A stretch of DNA of 64,000 nt, from sequence record NC_041878.1, one strand, 5' to 3'. The notes beneath the pieces are model-generated. The model saw only the letters and a list, made by a program, of their open reading frames with translations. It did not search any database and had not been told where the DNA came from. Shown piece after piece: positions 10,130 through 20,027 of this stretch (position 1 is the stretch's first letter; the number at the start of each line of letters is the position of its first letter). The translations under genes were made by a program, and so were the position numbers.

Positions 10130-10622
10130 ACAAGAATTATTAGATACAACTCTGATTGACAAGGATAGTCCTTGATGAGTAAAGAACCTGAACCTATCGA
10201 AAACGTAGATGGCAGATGAGTAGTTCAATCAGTACGATGTGCAAAAGAAACCCGTTAGAGTACTAGCAATCATACAAACGCGATGTAAGTCTACGAATCA
10301 CGGCAATGCGGCACAATAAAGGAATACACTAAGCATATCAAGTATTCCCTAGATAGACATATAAGGTCACTTACCAATACGCTAAGGGAGCCAGAAATGG
10401 CACAGTACTAATTTGGTCGAATAGATCAGTACTGAGTGTGGGAATGTTTAAATCCACGACCGTTGCATATGACTGTGATAGAGAGATTACCGAGCAACCC
10501 GCTTTCGCTCTCAGAAATTGTACAATGAAGTTGTATCTAAAATTCAGAGAAATTCACAATTCGACAGATTCCGACGACTATCATCGTCAGAAAAAATTCG
10601 TACACACTTGTGTACTTTTTTT
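10130..10622 (+). ncRNA. large structured RNA, ROOL-like
   Basis: Own promoter and terminator; no credible ORF; 12-bp helix 10140-10151/10529-10540; short motifs resembling ROOL as recalled. Confidence 0.55.
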
Positions 10623-10784
10623 ATGTCTTTATTCCCCTGCGGGGGGATGAAAATGTCCTCAACAAATCTCGTCAGTATAAATTGTGTTAAACATATAAAA
10701 TGTGAATTGAGTTAAGTACGAACAACGTGAGTACTAACGAAAATTCTTTGACATTCGAAGAATGGCAAATGAAAAGGAATAGAA

Positions 10785-11024
10785 ATGATCACTGCAATAT
10801 GTGAAATGTCAGATCAGGCTTGTGGTATTGAAGCAGTACGGATTATTGAAAATACACCTGAATCCATTGCGAGTTTTGAAGAAGAAATGGATGAAATGAT
10901 GTGTATGTTTGGTTATCAATTGTATTTCTATAATTCGATAATACCAGATACCAATAGTAATGAATCCATTGTTTATCAGTGGATGCGAGATAATGAACAA
11001 TATGAAATTGATGTGGATGTGTAA
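10785..11024 (+). CDS. hypothetical protein
   Basis: Co-oriented ORF with SD. Confidence 0.75.
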   Translation: MITAICEMSDQACGIEAVRIIENTPESIASFEEEMDEMMCMFGYQLYFYNSIIPDTNSNESIVYQWMRDNEQYEIDVDV

Positions 11025-11026
11025 TT

Positions 11027-11467
11027 ATGCCTAATATGAGTTACTGCATGTTTGAGAATACCTCAAAAGATATGCAAGATATTATTGATAAAATGTACGA
11101 AGATGATTTTGATCCTGATGAACTTTCTCGTTATGAACGTAGATACTACGATCAGTTATGGGATCAATGCGAAACTATGCTTCAGAGACTTGAAGAACTT
11201 CAAGAAATGATGGATGAACGAGAAGAAGCAGAGCAACGCCGTTTAGAAGATGAAGAACTTAGACGTGAAGAATATGACATGCATCGTGCAATTGTTGGTA
11301 CTCAACGAGCAGATGAAGATTTTGGTCATACCTTCACTCGTCATGATGATAGTAGTACTGACAATCATTCAACACATACTTTCAGTCGTGCTGATGACTG
11401 TTCTAGTTCAAGCTATGATTCTGGTAGTAGCAGTAGTGATTCAGGAAGTTCTTGTTCAGGAGATTAA
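11027..11467 (+). CDS. hypothetical protein with Ser/Asp/Gly-rich tail
   Basis: SSSSYDSGSSSSDSGSSCSGD C-terminus. Confidence 0.75.
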   Translation: MPNMSYCMFENTSKDMQDIIDKMYEDDFDPDELSRYERRYYDQLWDQCETMLQRLEELQEMMDEREEAEQRRLEDEELRREEYDMHRAIVGTQRADEDFGHTFTRHDDSSTDNHSTHTFSRADDCSSSSYDSGSSSSDSGSSCSGD

Positions 11468-11468
11468 T

Positions 11469-11672
11469 ATGTTTAACGAAGATGCAGTAAATGCTTTTTA
11501 TGCTGGTAAAGAAGATGGTTATGAGGAAAAACAGTACTCTAATCCTCACGCAGAAATGGTAGACTTTCTTGCTAAAAATGGTGTAACCGTATCAGTATCT
11601 AACAAACTACATGAACAGTACAAACGTGGTTATGAATGGGGTAAAGCTCAGAAAGATGAGGAAAAATCCTAA
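11469..11672 (+). CDS. hypothetical protein
   Basis: Start moved to MFNED; coupled to neighbours. Confidence 0.7.
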   Translation: MFNEDAVNAFYAGKEDGYEEKQYSNPHAEMVDFLAKNGVTVSVSNKLHEQYKRGYEWGKAQKDEEKS

Positions 11673-12019
11673 TGAAGCAAGAACCTTATATCATTCGTGA
11701 AGTAACACATATTATCCGTGAATATAATCCAGAATATGGTGATGACCGTATCTGTGAATGTGGTCATTCATATGATCGTCATTTTGATTCATATGAAGAT
11801 ATGGAAGCAGTAGGTTGTAAGTACTGTGATTGTTTTGAATTCATCGAAGTCTTACCTGGTCAAAAAACTGGTAAAGATGCAGAAGATGATGGTTATGACG
11901 ATGGTGTTTCGGGTTTGCCAATGCGTACCGAATATGAAAATACCAAATGGAAAGAAGTTTATGAACGTTGGTATGAATATGGAAACAACAAAAGATCTGC
12001 ACAGGACTACAAATTTTAA
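11672..12019 (+). CDS. hypothetical protein, Cys/His metal-binding motif
   Basis: CECGH..H...CKYCDC. Confidence 0.75.
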   Translation: MKQEPYIIREVTHIIREYNPEYGDDRICECGHSYDRHFDSYEDMEAVGCKYCDCFEFIEVLPGQKTGKDAEDDGYDDGVSGLPMRTEYENTKWKEVYERWYEYGNNKRSAQDYKF

Positions 12020-12020
12020 T

Positions 12021-12335
12021 ATGACTGATAATGAAGCACTAAAACTAGCAGTGAAAATGCATGATGAATTTAATGCATTAAGTACTCAATTTGATTTAGA
12101 ATTTGAACTACATAAACATATGTGGTTTAAATCTGGTTCTGATATTTGCGAAAACCGAGATAATAATAAAGAAGACCTCTTTGAAGGTGATGGTAATACT
12201 TATGGTTGGGAAGTTCGTTATATTCGTTATGAAGATGATGATTTCCTTCTCGCAAAAGTTGATAATGGTTGTGGTGACCAGTACTTTGCATTATTTTTAA
12301 AAGAGTTTGAGGTTAGTGAGTATGAAGACTGCTGA
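12021..12335 (+). CDS. hypothetical protein
   Basis: Start moved to MTDNE. Confidence 0.75.
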   Translation: MTDNEALKLAVKMHDEFNALSTQFDLEFELHKHMWFKSGSDICENRDNNKEDLFEGDGNTYGWEVRYIRYEDDDFLLAKVDNGCGDQYFALFLKEFEVSEYEDC

Positions 12336-12672
12336 TGAAGTACTTCACGAATTAAATTCAATCGTAGATGGATGGTCTTTATCATTTGACACTACTGAAT
12401 ACGCAATTCAATTAGGTGATTCATCTGGAGCAGCTTATGTCTTTTTTAATCAGACCCTATTGATTGAAATGACATATTGGACACACTCAAAAACTTATTC
12501 TGCATTACACCGCAAAGTTGTATTTGGTGATCGCCAAAATGCAGAAAGTGGCGAACGTGAATCTGCATTCGATGCTTATATTGGCTTGCAATGGATAATT
12601 AGAATGAAAGCCAAAGAATTATTAAACATTATTAATGAAATGAACAAGGATAGAAAGAATGGCAACTCGTAG
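12322..12672 (+). CDS. hypothetical protein
   Basis: Co-oriented ORF. Confidence 0.7.
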   Translation: MKTADEVLHELNSIVDGWSLSFDTTEYAIQLGDSSGAAYVFFNQTLLIEMTYWTHSKTYSALHRKVVFGDRQNAESGERESAFDAYIGLQWIIRMKAKELLNIINEMNKDRKNGNS

Positions 12673-13378
12673 TAATATTAACGTTAAAGTTGGTGATGTA
12701 TATCATACTATCTACTGTCACTTTGACGGTTATCCAGAAGGTGTAGGTAAAACTCTAGTACTAAATTATAATTCACAGGAACTGGCAGAAAAACTAGTTT
12801 CCTTTGGTGATATGTCATCTATTGATGATTCATGTGATGCACCAGCAGGTCATAGTTATGATAAACCAGTAAAAGGTCATTGTGTATATTATGGTCGTGA
12901 CCGTGGAGAAACTGGTACAGATATGAAAGTATCTGATAAACCACGTTACGAAGAAGAATACTGTTATGTATGGGAAGGTAATGGTTGGTACGTATCTGGT
13001 TATGATCTTGATCACAAGTTAGTATTAGATGTATTGGATATTGAAGTAATGACTGATGAAGTAGGTGATGAAGACGAAGAACCTATTTCCGATGGTGATA
13101 AAGTATTCAAGTACTTTGGTTGTTCAATTGAAGAAGTAATTGCAATTAACAATGAATGGGCTGTTACTTTCAATACACCAGATGAACGCATGACTGATGC
13201 ATATAACGAACGTATTCGTTGGATGGTTCGCCATCGTGAAGCACCGTATCAGGGTCTTGATGAAGATGGTATTTGGCATCACTCTTTCTTTGGTCGTACT
13301 TTGTACGAAGCAGTAAAACGTGGCGAAGAATATCTAAAACGTGGAAAAGATTGGGAAGCGGAACAGCATGGCAATTGA
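12659..13378 (+). CDS. conserved phage hypothetical protein
   Basis: MATRS...IYCHFDGYPEGVG N-terminus. Confidence 0.8.
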   Translation: MATRSNINVKVGDVYHTIYCHFDGYPEGVGKTLVLNYNSQELAEKLVSFGDMSSIDDSCDAPAGHSYDKPVKGHCVYYGRDRGETGTDMKVSDKPRYEEEYCYVWEGNGWYVSGYDLDHKLVLDVLDIEVMTDEVGDEDEEPISDGDKVFKYFGCSIEEVIAINNEWAVTFNTPDERMTDAYNERIRWMVRHREAPYQGLDEDGIWHHSFFGRTLYEAVKRGEEYLKRGKDWEAEQHGN

Positions 13379-13616
13379 TGAGAAATTGTTTGATACATTT
13401 CCCATTGATGAGCTAAAAGTTCCACAAGATAACCATAAAGTTTATATGAAACGGTACTGGATTGTATACGAAGGTTCAGTACTTCGTTTCAAGAAAACTA
13501 AAGCTTGGCAGTGTAATGGATTCAAACAGATAGTAGAACAGGTTATTGAAACCAATCCTATCTATGAAGGTTGTGAAATACAGTATTTCGAGTACTTATA
13601 CGTACCAGAGGGTTAA
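13368..13616 (+). CDS. hypothetical protein
   Basis: Co-oriented ORF. Confidence 0.7.
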   Translation: MAIDEKLFDTFPIDELKVPQDNHKVYMKRYWIVYEGSVLRFKKTKAWQCNGFKQIVEQVIETNPIYEGCEIQYFEYLYVPEG

Positions 13617-13620
13617 TACG

Positions 13621-13815
13621 ATGGATGAGCAATATATCTTTGATGAACCAAATGAATGCATTCAACGTGCTATTCGTGGTTTAGAACGTGCTGGTTTTAA
13701 CGGTACTGAGAAAGAAGCACTTGATTACTTGCAAGGGAAATTCACCAGTTACAGCAGGGATGAATTGCAACAAATTTATCGTCAGTACGGCGAAGTTGAA
13801 GATTTTGAAATTTAA
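13621..13815 (+). CDS. hypothetical protein
   Basis: Start moved to MDEQY. Confidence 0.7.
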   Translation: MDEQYIFDEPNECIQRAIRGLERAGFNGTEKEALDYLQGKFTSYSRDELQQIYRQYGEVEDFEI

Positions 13816-13831
13816 TATAAGGTAAAGAACA

Positions 13832-14851
13832 ATGTCACATTTTACAGTACTAGTACATCTGACTGAAGAAGAAGTTAAGAATAACATCCAAGAATGTGCA
13901 GCAATCAAACTGCAACCATATCATGAATTTGAATGTACTGGAGTCAAAGATCAGTACGTGGTAAAAGTTGATGAAACTGATGAAAAGTTGTATGATTACA
14001 ACACTGAAACAGTTGAAGCTGTTTATGATGAAGATGGAGCACTTCTTGGTTCTAAGTATTCTGAAGCATGTAAACGTTTCTGGCAACGTGCTGGTTATGG
14101 ATATTCTTCTGAAGATAAATTTGAACTTCCAGAAGGTTATACACTACGTAAAACTCCATTAAACGAAATTTATACCTTTGAAGGTTTCCTTCGTGATTGG
14201 CACGGTTATAGTTTAGATGGAGAGTATTCATCTTTAGAAGATGGTAAGTTTTATCGTTTTACAAACCCAAATGCTAAGTGGGATTGGTGGACTGTAGGCG
14301 GTCGTTGGTCTGGTATGTTCCTTGATACTAATGGTCAGAAGCAAGACATTATTCAGAAAAAAGATTGGGATCTTGCTGGTGAAGCTACAAAAGCAATTAC
14401 AGACTTTGCACCGTTCTTTGACCGCTTTGAAGAACACGCTGATAAATTCGACGGAGTGGTATTCATGTCATGGGATGAATGCTGTGATAAGTTTAAAACT
14501 CCAGATGGTAAAACTGATTATAATTCTGCTCGTGAATTTTATCATAACCAAGAGTACAAGAATATTTTAAAAACCGTGTTCAGTTCTGTCGGTGATGGCG
14601 AGCATGAATGGCTACTACATGACCCTAATAACTTCTATAACGTATCACGTGAAGACTTCATGAAAGCTCGTATCTTCAATCGCATAGGCACGTTCGCTGT
14701 ACTGGATGACGCTGGGTGGCACGAGAAAGGCTCTATGGGCTGGTTCGCGTGTGTGAGCGATGAAAAGGCAGATTGGAACCAAATTTACCTTGACAAAATC
14801 AACTCCATCCCTGATAATGATTACCTAGTTCTTGTGGATTGCCACATTTAA
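13832..14851 (+). CDS. conserved phage hypothetical protein
   Basis: NPNAKWDWWTVGGRWSG and LVLVDCHI motifs. Confidence 0.85.
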   Translation: MSHFTVLVHLTEEEVKNNIQECAAIKLQPYHEFECTGVKDQYVVKVDETDEKLYDYNTETVEAVYDEDGALLGSKYSEACKRFWQRAGYGYSSEDKFELPEGYTLRKTPLNEIYTFEGFLRDWHGYSLDGEYSSLEDGKFYRFTNPNAKWDWWTVGGRWSGMFLDTNGQKQDIIQKKDWDLAGEATKAITDFAPFFDRFEEHADKFDGVVFMSWDECCDKFKTPDGKTDYNSAREFYHNQEYKNILKTVFSSVGDGEHEWLLHDPNNFYNVSREDFMKARIFNRIGTFAVLDDAGWHEKGSMGWFACVSDEKADWNQIYLDKINSIPDNDYLVLVDCHI

Positions 14852-14860
14852 GGATAAATT

Positions 14861-15232
14861 ATGAATACGTTTGAAATTTGTCGTGGAATCCGCAGGGTTA
14901 TACTTAATAGTACTGCTGAAGTAATGAACTATCCTTCTTGGGGTTCTGAATTTGCATATAAACAAATTACCCAGCTTGCAGAAAGAATTAAAGATAATAG
15001 TACATTTAAATTTATTGACCCATCCGATTTAACTTTATCTGAAATGCAAGAATTAGGATTTGGGAAATGGGAAGAAGGATCAAAGTTGATGCTTATTCCG
15101 CTATGGCTAATGCAGTTTATTGATCCTGAACTTGAAGTAACTTGTATTTCTGGTGAAGTGTACAAATTTAAAGATGCTGACAATGATAATCGTTATGGTT
15201 GTCTTGCTTATGGCATTTTTCCCAAAGAATAA
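14861..15232 (+). CDS. hypothetical protein
   Basis: SD AAGGA. Confidence 0.75.
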   Translation: MNTFEICRGIRRVILNSTAEVMNYPSWGSEFAYKQITQLAERIKDNSTFKFIDPSDLTLSEMQELGFGKWEEGSKLMLIPLWLMQFIDPELEVTCISGEVYKFKDADNDNRYGCLAYGIFPKE

Positions 15233-15249
15233 AAATTGAGAATTTAAAA

Positions 15250-16299
15250 ATGAAAGAATCAGGTTTGTTTTTTGGTAAATTCGCCCCGTTACATACGGGG
15301 CATATTTCTGCAATTTTAAATGCAGCAACACAAGTAGAAGAACTTTATGTTGTACTGTGTTGGGATGAAAAGTTTCAAAGTACTTTAACCCCTGAATTGC
15401 AGAAGGTAATGACTTTACGTAATCGTCTTATGTGGTTGAAAGATACCTTCAAGCATATGAAAAAGATTAAAATTACATATGTGAATGAAACACCAATTCC
15501 TGCTTATCCGGTAGGTTGTGATGATTTCACAAAGCTGGTTCGTAATAAACTTATTACCGAATTCCACCAGCCTTATGTAGATATGGTATTCAGTTCTGAA
15601 ACTGATTATAACGATTACTTTAGTCAGTACTGGCCTGATTCTGAACATGTACTAATTGACCCACCACGTGAATTCGTGAACATTAGTGCTACTCGTATTC
15701 GCAACAATCCATATCAACATTGGGATCTGTTAGCTCCAGCTTCACATAAACATTTTGTGAAGAAAGTTTGTATTATCGGAGTTGAAAGCACTGGTAAAAG
15801 TACTTTAACTATAAATCTGGCAAACCACTTCAGTACTCAGTACGTTGAAGAAGTTGGGCGTACTATTTGCGAAAATGAATACCATTGGTCTGAAGCAATG
15901 ATGAACATTGAAGATTATGTTTACGTTGCGATGGAACATAAAGTAAAAGAACACAAAATGGCTGCTACAGCTAATAAAGTACTTTTTAGTGATACAAATA
16001 ACTTGATCACTTTATTCAGTGCTGAATGTAGCGGTCATACAAGTAGTCCTCTCCTAAGTCAAATGGCGTTCGCAGAGGATTATGACCTTGTAATAATGCT
16101 TGACATTGATGTACCGTGGGTGTATGATCCACTCAGGTTGAACAACACCGCTGAACTGCGGGAAAAAACGTTCAATCATTTAAAGTTTCTTTGTAAAGCA
16201 CACGGCGTTGAATATACCACAGTAAGTGGTGACTTTAATACCCGTTTTAAAACGGCGGTTGAACTCGTACAAAATCTATTACAAGGTAATAACAAATGA
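15250..16299 (+). CDS. nadR: NadR-like NMN adenylyltransferase / nicotinamide riboside kinase
   Basis: FGKFAPLHTGH (HxGH), NISATRIR, Walker A GVESTGKST. Confidence 0.9.
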   Translation: MKESGLFFGKFAPLHTGHISAILNAATQVEELYVVLCWDEKFQSTLTPELQKVMTLRNRLMWLKDTFKHMKKIKITYVNETPIPAYPVGCDDFTKLVRNKLITEFHQPYVDMVFSSETDYNDYFSQYWPDSEHVLIDPPREFVNISATRIRNNPYQHWDLLAPASHKHFVKKVCIIGVESTGKSTLTINLANHFSTQYVEEVGRTICENEYHWSEAMMNIEDYVYVAMEHKVKEHKMAATANKVLFSDTNNLITLFSAECSGHTSSPLLSQMAFAEDYDLVIMLDIDVPWVYDPLRLNNTAELREKTFNHLKFLCKAHGVEYTTVSGDFNTRFKTAVELVQNLLQGNNK

Positions 16300-17099
16300 A
16301 CGCACTCGTCACAAGTTTAAATTTGTCACCAACATTACTGTTGGGATACATTCTGTTTTTAACTACGGTTTGTGGAATTTACATTTACCGTATTGCTGGA
16401 ACTGATTTGAAACTTTCCCAAGTATTCAGTACTTGTGTAACAGACTTCAAAGGTTGGACAGTTAAAGAATATCTTTGGCTGTTTACTGCACCAGCAATCA
16501 TTTGTGCCGTATCACTTATTATGGGTGGCGGTTGGGTAGAATTCGTCTGCTCAGTTACAAGTATTATCGGTGCTATTCTTGTAGCTAAGGGTAAAATCAG
16601 TTCTTATGTTTGGGGATTTGTCGGTACTGCTTTGTATCTGTACATTTCTTACAAATATAAATTATACGGTGAAACGATCACATACGCATTGCTTTTCTTA
16701 CCGATGCAAGTATCAGGTTACTATTACTGGATTGTAAACAGTAAAGAAAAAGATACTGACGTAATTAAGAAAGTGATGACAACTAAACAACGTATCTGGT
16801 TGTTTGCCGGTACTGGTATTGCAATCGCTGCATATGCTGCATTCCTTCGTTATCTGGAAGGTGCAACGCCAGGTTTAGATTCAGCAACATCTATTCTGAG
16901 TATTGTAGCAACAACTCTGATGGTAAAACGTTATGCTGAACAATGGTTGATCTGGATTCTGGTTAACACCGTTGCAATCGTAATGTGGGTACTGGCAGTA
17001 CTTCATCATCAAGATCAAGGTTTCGCAGTACTGACTATGTGGATCACCTTCTGGTTGAACTCCGTATACGGTTGGTATCAATGGCGTAAAGGTAATTAA
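16296..17099 (+). CDS. pnuC: nicotinamide riboside transporter PnuC
   Basis: Multi-TM; LDSATSILSIVATTLMVKRYAEQWLIW; coupled to nadR. Confidence 0.9.
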   Translation: MNALVTSLNLSPTLLLGYILFLTTVCGIYIYRIAGTDLKLSQVFSTCVTDFKGWTVKEYLWLFTAPAIICAVSLIMGGGWVEFVCSVTSIIGAILVAKGKISSYVWGFVGTALYLYISYKYKLYGETITYALLFLPMQVSGYYYWIVNSKEKDTDVIKKVMTTKQRIWLFAGTGIAIAAYAAFLRYLEGATPGLDSATSILSIVATTLMVKRYAEQWLIWILVNTVAIVMWVLAVLHHQDQGFAVLTMWITFWLNSVYGWYQWRKGN

Positions 17100-17100
17100 T

Positions 17101-17412
17101 ATGTATGCACTCTATAATACTAAAAATAAACAATTTGCATGTTTAGGGTATATTCATACTGATGTTAGTGAGATTGAAGATACCTGTGTTTCAGTACTTT
17201 CATATGTACAAACAGATTGTGTATTCATACGCAATGATAAGAAAGAATTAGAGCGTATTATTTGTGAAAAAGATTGCAGTGATGATTCTTATGATGATGA
17301 ACTTGGTTATTTGGGAGATCTCAAAGGATCTCCATTAAATCCAATAATTATGTTTGAGTCGAACGATTATGATGAAACAATCATCATTGAAGTACAACCC
17401 AAATTGTCTTAA
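17101..17412 (+). CDS. hypothetical protein
   Basis: Co-oriented ORF. Confidence 0.7.
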   Translation: MYALYNTKNKQFACLGYIHTDVSEIEDTCVSVLSYVQTDCVFIRNDKKELERIICEKDCSDDSYDDELGYLGDLKGSPLNPIIMFESNDYDETIIIEVQPKLS

Positions 17413-17431
17413 TATATGTGACGAGGATAAT

Positions 17432-17674
17432 ATGAAATTCACTGAGTTTGTAAAATTTAAAGCAGTACAATTCCACGGTACAGAAGTACATGTACCTGAA
17501 CATATCAAGTACATCGCTGCTGATAAATCAGGTAAAGTAATTGGCTTTGAAAAAGAACCTGTACCTGATGCAGAATTTGAATGGTGGGATAATCCGACCG
17601 CAGATGATATGTACGATGTTGGTACTGTTGATCTGGAAGGAATGAACTGGACTGAAACTCTGGTCATTCTGTAA
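17432..17674 (+). CDS. hypothetical protein (related to 41202-41468)
   Basis: SD GAGG; V.FHGTEVHVP..IKYIAAD..G. Confidence 0.75.
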   Translation: MKFTEFVKFKAVQFHGTEVHVPEHIKYIAADKSGKVIGFEKEPVPDAEFEWWDNPTADDMYDVGTVDLEGMNWTETLVIL

Positions 17675-17681
17675 GAAGTAT

Positions 17682-17705
17682 CCCTGTACTAAGTACAGGG
17701 TTTTT
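17682..17705 (+). terminator. intrinsic terminator
   Basis: CCCTGTAC-taa-GTACAGGG TTTTT. Confidence 0.75.
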
Positions 17706-17720
17706 AATTGAGAGAACTAT

Positions 17721-17924
17721 ATGAAATATGAAGATTATCGTGACTTGCGTGATTGGTTTAATTTTGCACCTCGTAAGTTGAAGACCAACGTTAAATGGTT
17801 TATACTTGAACTTGGCTATGATAATAGTTCAGAATTGTGGAGTCACATTCTTGAGTGTTATCATATCCGCACCAATCGTGCAGTACTGAAACAATTAATT
17901 GACCATTACAAGGATTTAAAATGA
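17721..17924 (+). CDS. hypothetical protein
   Basis: Co-oriented ORF. Confidence 0.7.
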   Translation: MKYEDYRDLRDWFNFAPRKLKTNVKWFILELGYDNSSELWSHILECYHIRTNRAVLKQLIDHYKDLK

Positions 17925-18358
17925 AATACTTTCGTGTAAATTGCGGGGATGCTTCCGGTATGTCAGAATTTTGGGAATACTTTGCATTAAAGGAATACTC
18001 AATGTCTGATGAAGATTTGATGGATGAAGCCATTTCTCTTTTCACTGAAAATAATCATTGGGTTTATTCTCTGGATTGTGACCGCCGCCGTGCAGAAGAA
18101 TTGACTGAAGAACAGTACAAAACAGGTTTGCTGTTCAATAAGATGTACCAATATCAGCATGAACTGAATGCGTTTCGTCGTGAGCACAATATCTATCCTA
18201 CTATGGATATGGCAGTACTGTTCGCAAAGCGTGATCATAAATCTGGTTATGTTCGTGTTGGTCATCCTAACATTCATAATGTTTATAAAGTGAATGCTGA
18301 TGGTAATTTCATTTTTGTATATCATCACTGGTCTGACCGTGTTGGAGTACTGAAATGA
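17921..18358 (+). CDS. hypothetical protein
   Basis: ATGA overlap coupling. Confidence 0.75.
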   Translation: MKYFRVNCGDASGMSEFWEYFALKEYSMSDEDLMDEAISLFTENNHWVYSLDCDRRRAEELTEEQYKTGLLFNKMYQYQHELNAFRREHNIYPTMDMAVLFAKRDHKSGYVRVGHPNIHNVYKVNADGNFIFVYHHWSDRVGVLK

Positions 18359-18660
18359 TCCATATCATTTATGACATGAATGACGGCGTTTCTGTGCCAG
18401 ATAACAAGGTTAAAAACTTTGCAGCAGACATGGTATGGGATCTCGGTACTATCGATGAAGTTATTGAAGTACGAGTAGGTCAACTGAATATTATTCGTTC
18501 TGTTGCTTATGCAATGAAACACCGTAATATCCCGCATACTAATCTAACTATTAGTTATGCTCATAGTGATTCTAAAATCTGGTTAAATGCAGATTATCAT
18601 TTAGACGGTGTTTTTGATTTTTGTAATCACGATATTGAAGTACTAATGGACATGCTATGA
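18355..18660 (+). CDS. hypothetical protein, tandem paralog 1 (MIHIIYD family)
   Basis: Similar to next two ORFs. Confidence 0.75.
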   Translation: MIHIIYDMNDGVSVPDNKVKNFAADMVWDLGTIDEVIEVRVGQLNIIRSVAYAMKHRNIPHTNLTISYAHSDSKIWLNADYHLDGVFDFCNHDIEVLMDML

Positions 18661-18968
18661 TTCATATTATATACGACAAAAATTCTCCAGTTGCTTTCAA
18701 TGATGCTGCAATTATGAAAATTGCAGACAAAATTGTTAAAGAACATGGCAGTACTGAAGAAATTCATGAATGTACGGTAGGACAAGAATTGTTCTTGTCT
18801 GCTATTCGCTCTGCAATGTGTGTACAAGGCGTATCACATGAAAACCTTGTTGTATTTGCTGTTGATGATGAGAAAATACATCGAATTACTATTAATGACT
18901 GTTATAGTTTCGAAACATACGTTCATTTTCCTAATATAGTTTGTGAAATTTTAATGCCTTTATTTTAA
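18657..18968 (+). CDS. hypothetical protein, tandem paralog 2
   Basis: MIHIIYD start; GQ..I.SA.R pattern. Confidence 0.75.
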   Translation: MIHIIYDKNSPVAFNDAAIMKIADKIVKEHGSTEEIHECTVGQELFLSAIRSAMCVQGVSHENLVVFAVDDEKIHRITINDCYSFETYVHFPNIVCEILMPLF

Positions 18969-18976
18969 GGAACTGT

Positions 18977-19321
18977 ATGCTAATTGTTCAGTACAAGCCA
19001 AACGATTCTTCTGTAGCAATTGCTGATGGAAAAATAAAAGAAGTAGCCGAAGAATGGGTGCGTGATATTACGTTTCATGAACGTAAGGTTGTTTCCATCA
19101 GTCAATTACTTATGATTGATGGTATTCGTGCCGCATTGGTGGATCTGTATGTTGATCCATCATTGGTTGTAATTGAGGTTTATAACGCAGATGATGAACT
19201 TATGGAATCTGTAAGCATCACTGATCGTTATTGCTTGACTTCTTGGAATTCATTTCCACAAGTCCAAGTCGATTGTTTAAGAACTACAATTAAGAGTAGA
19301 AAATATGGACAAAACAACTAA
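18977..19321 (+). CDS. hypothetical protein, tandem paralog 3
   Basis: VAIADGKIKE..SQLLMIDGIR pattern. Confidence 0.7.
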   Translation: MLIVQYKPNDSSVAIADGKIKEVAEEWVRDITFHERKVVSISQLLMIDGIRAALVDLYVDPSLVVIEVYNADDELMESVSITDRYCLTSWNSFPQVQVDCLRTTIKSRKYGQNN

Positions 19322-19658
19322 TACAAGTAAAAGTTTTATTATTCGTTGTCATTGCTCTGATGCACGTGAACATGCTATTCATATTTGTCAGTACAATACT
19401 GGTGATGATACTGATGATTCAGAAATCGGTCTTTGTACTATCAATCTTAGTATGGAAATTCGTAATCCGTGGTATAAGCGTGTATGGATAGGTCTGAAAT
19501 ATATGTTCGGATATACTGACCATATGCATTACATGGATACAATGGTAGATGTTGATGTTTTGAAAGAAGTAGTTTCTAAACTAGACGATAACCGTACTGA
19601 AGAACAGAAAGCCGCTGCTAAAGAGCAACGTGAATGGAATAAATTTGAAGTATTGTAA
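19305..19658 (+). CDS. hypothetical protein
   Basis: Co-oriented ORF. Confidence 0.75.
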   Translation: MDKTTNTSKSFIIRCHCSDAREHAIHICQYNTGDDTDDSEIGLCTINLSMEIRNPWYKRVWIGLKYMFGYTDHMHYMDTMVDVDVLKEVVSKLDDNRTEEQKAAAKEQREWNKFEVL

Positions 19659-20017
19659 TGGAAAATATATTTGAGGGTCTAGAGTACGTTAAAAAATACG
19701 TACTCTTTGAAGATACAAAAAGTGTGTACTGGTATGATATTATTACTAATACATCAAATAACGTTGTAGTTATAAGTAATAAAAACTTCGATCCATATGT
19801 AACGTTAATTGCTGATGGCTACACACTCAAATATGATGGAACTGAATTGAAATTGACCTGTCTTATCGCAGGAAAATCATTTGATGACATTTGTGACCCA
19901 AATATTACCGAAGAATGGTTTTTCCAGTTGAGTACTATTAAAGACTTTGGTGCGTTGGAGTACATTGAAATTGAATTTGTAAAAGAAGTTTATAAAAGAT
20001 GTTTTAATACTAATTAG
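19658..20017 (+). CDS. hypothetical protein, EExxFQxxT family
   Basis: TEEWFFQLSTIKD. Confidence 0.7.
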   Translation: MENIFEGLEYVKKYVLFEDTKSVYWYDIITNTSNNVVVISNKNFDPYVTLIADGYTLKYDGTELKLTCLIAGKSFDDICDPNITEEWFFQLSTIKDFGALEYIEIEFVKEVYKRCFNTN

Positions 20018-20027
20018 GGGATTTAAT

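Noticed and set aside
10438-10715. ORFs 10438-10650 and 10518-10715
   Set aside because: Lie inside the structured RNA and its terminator; no SD; non-phage codon usage
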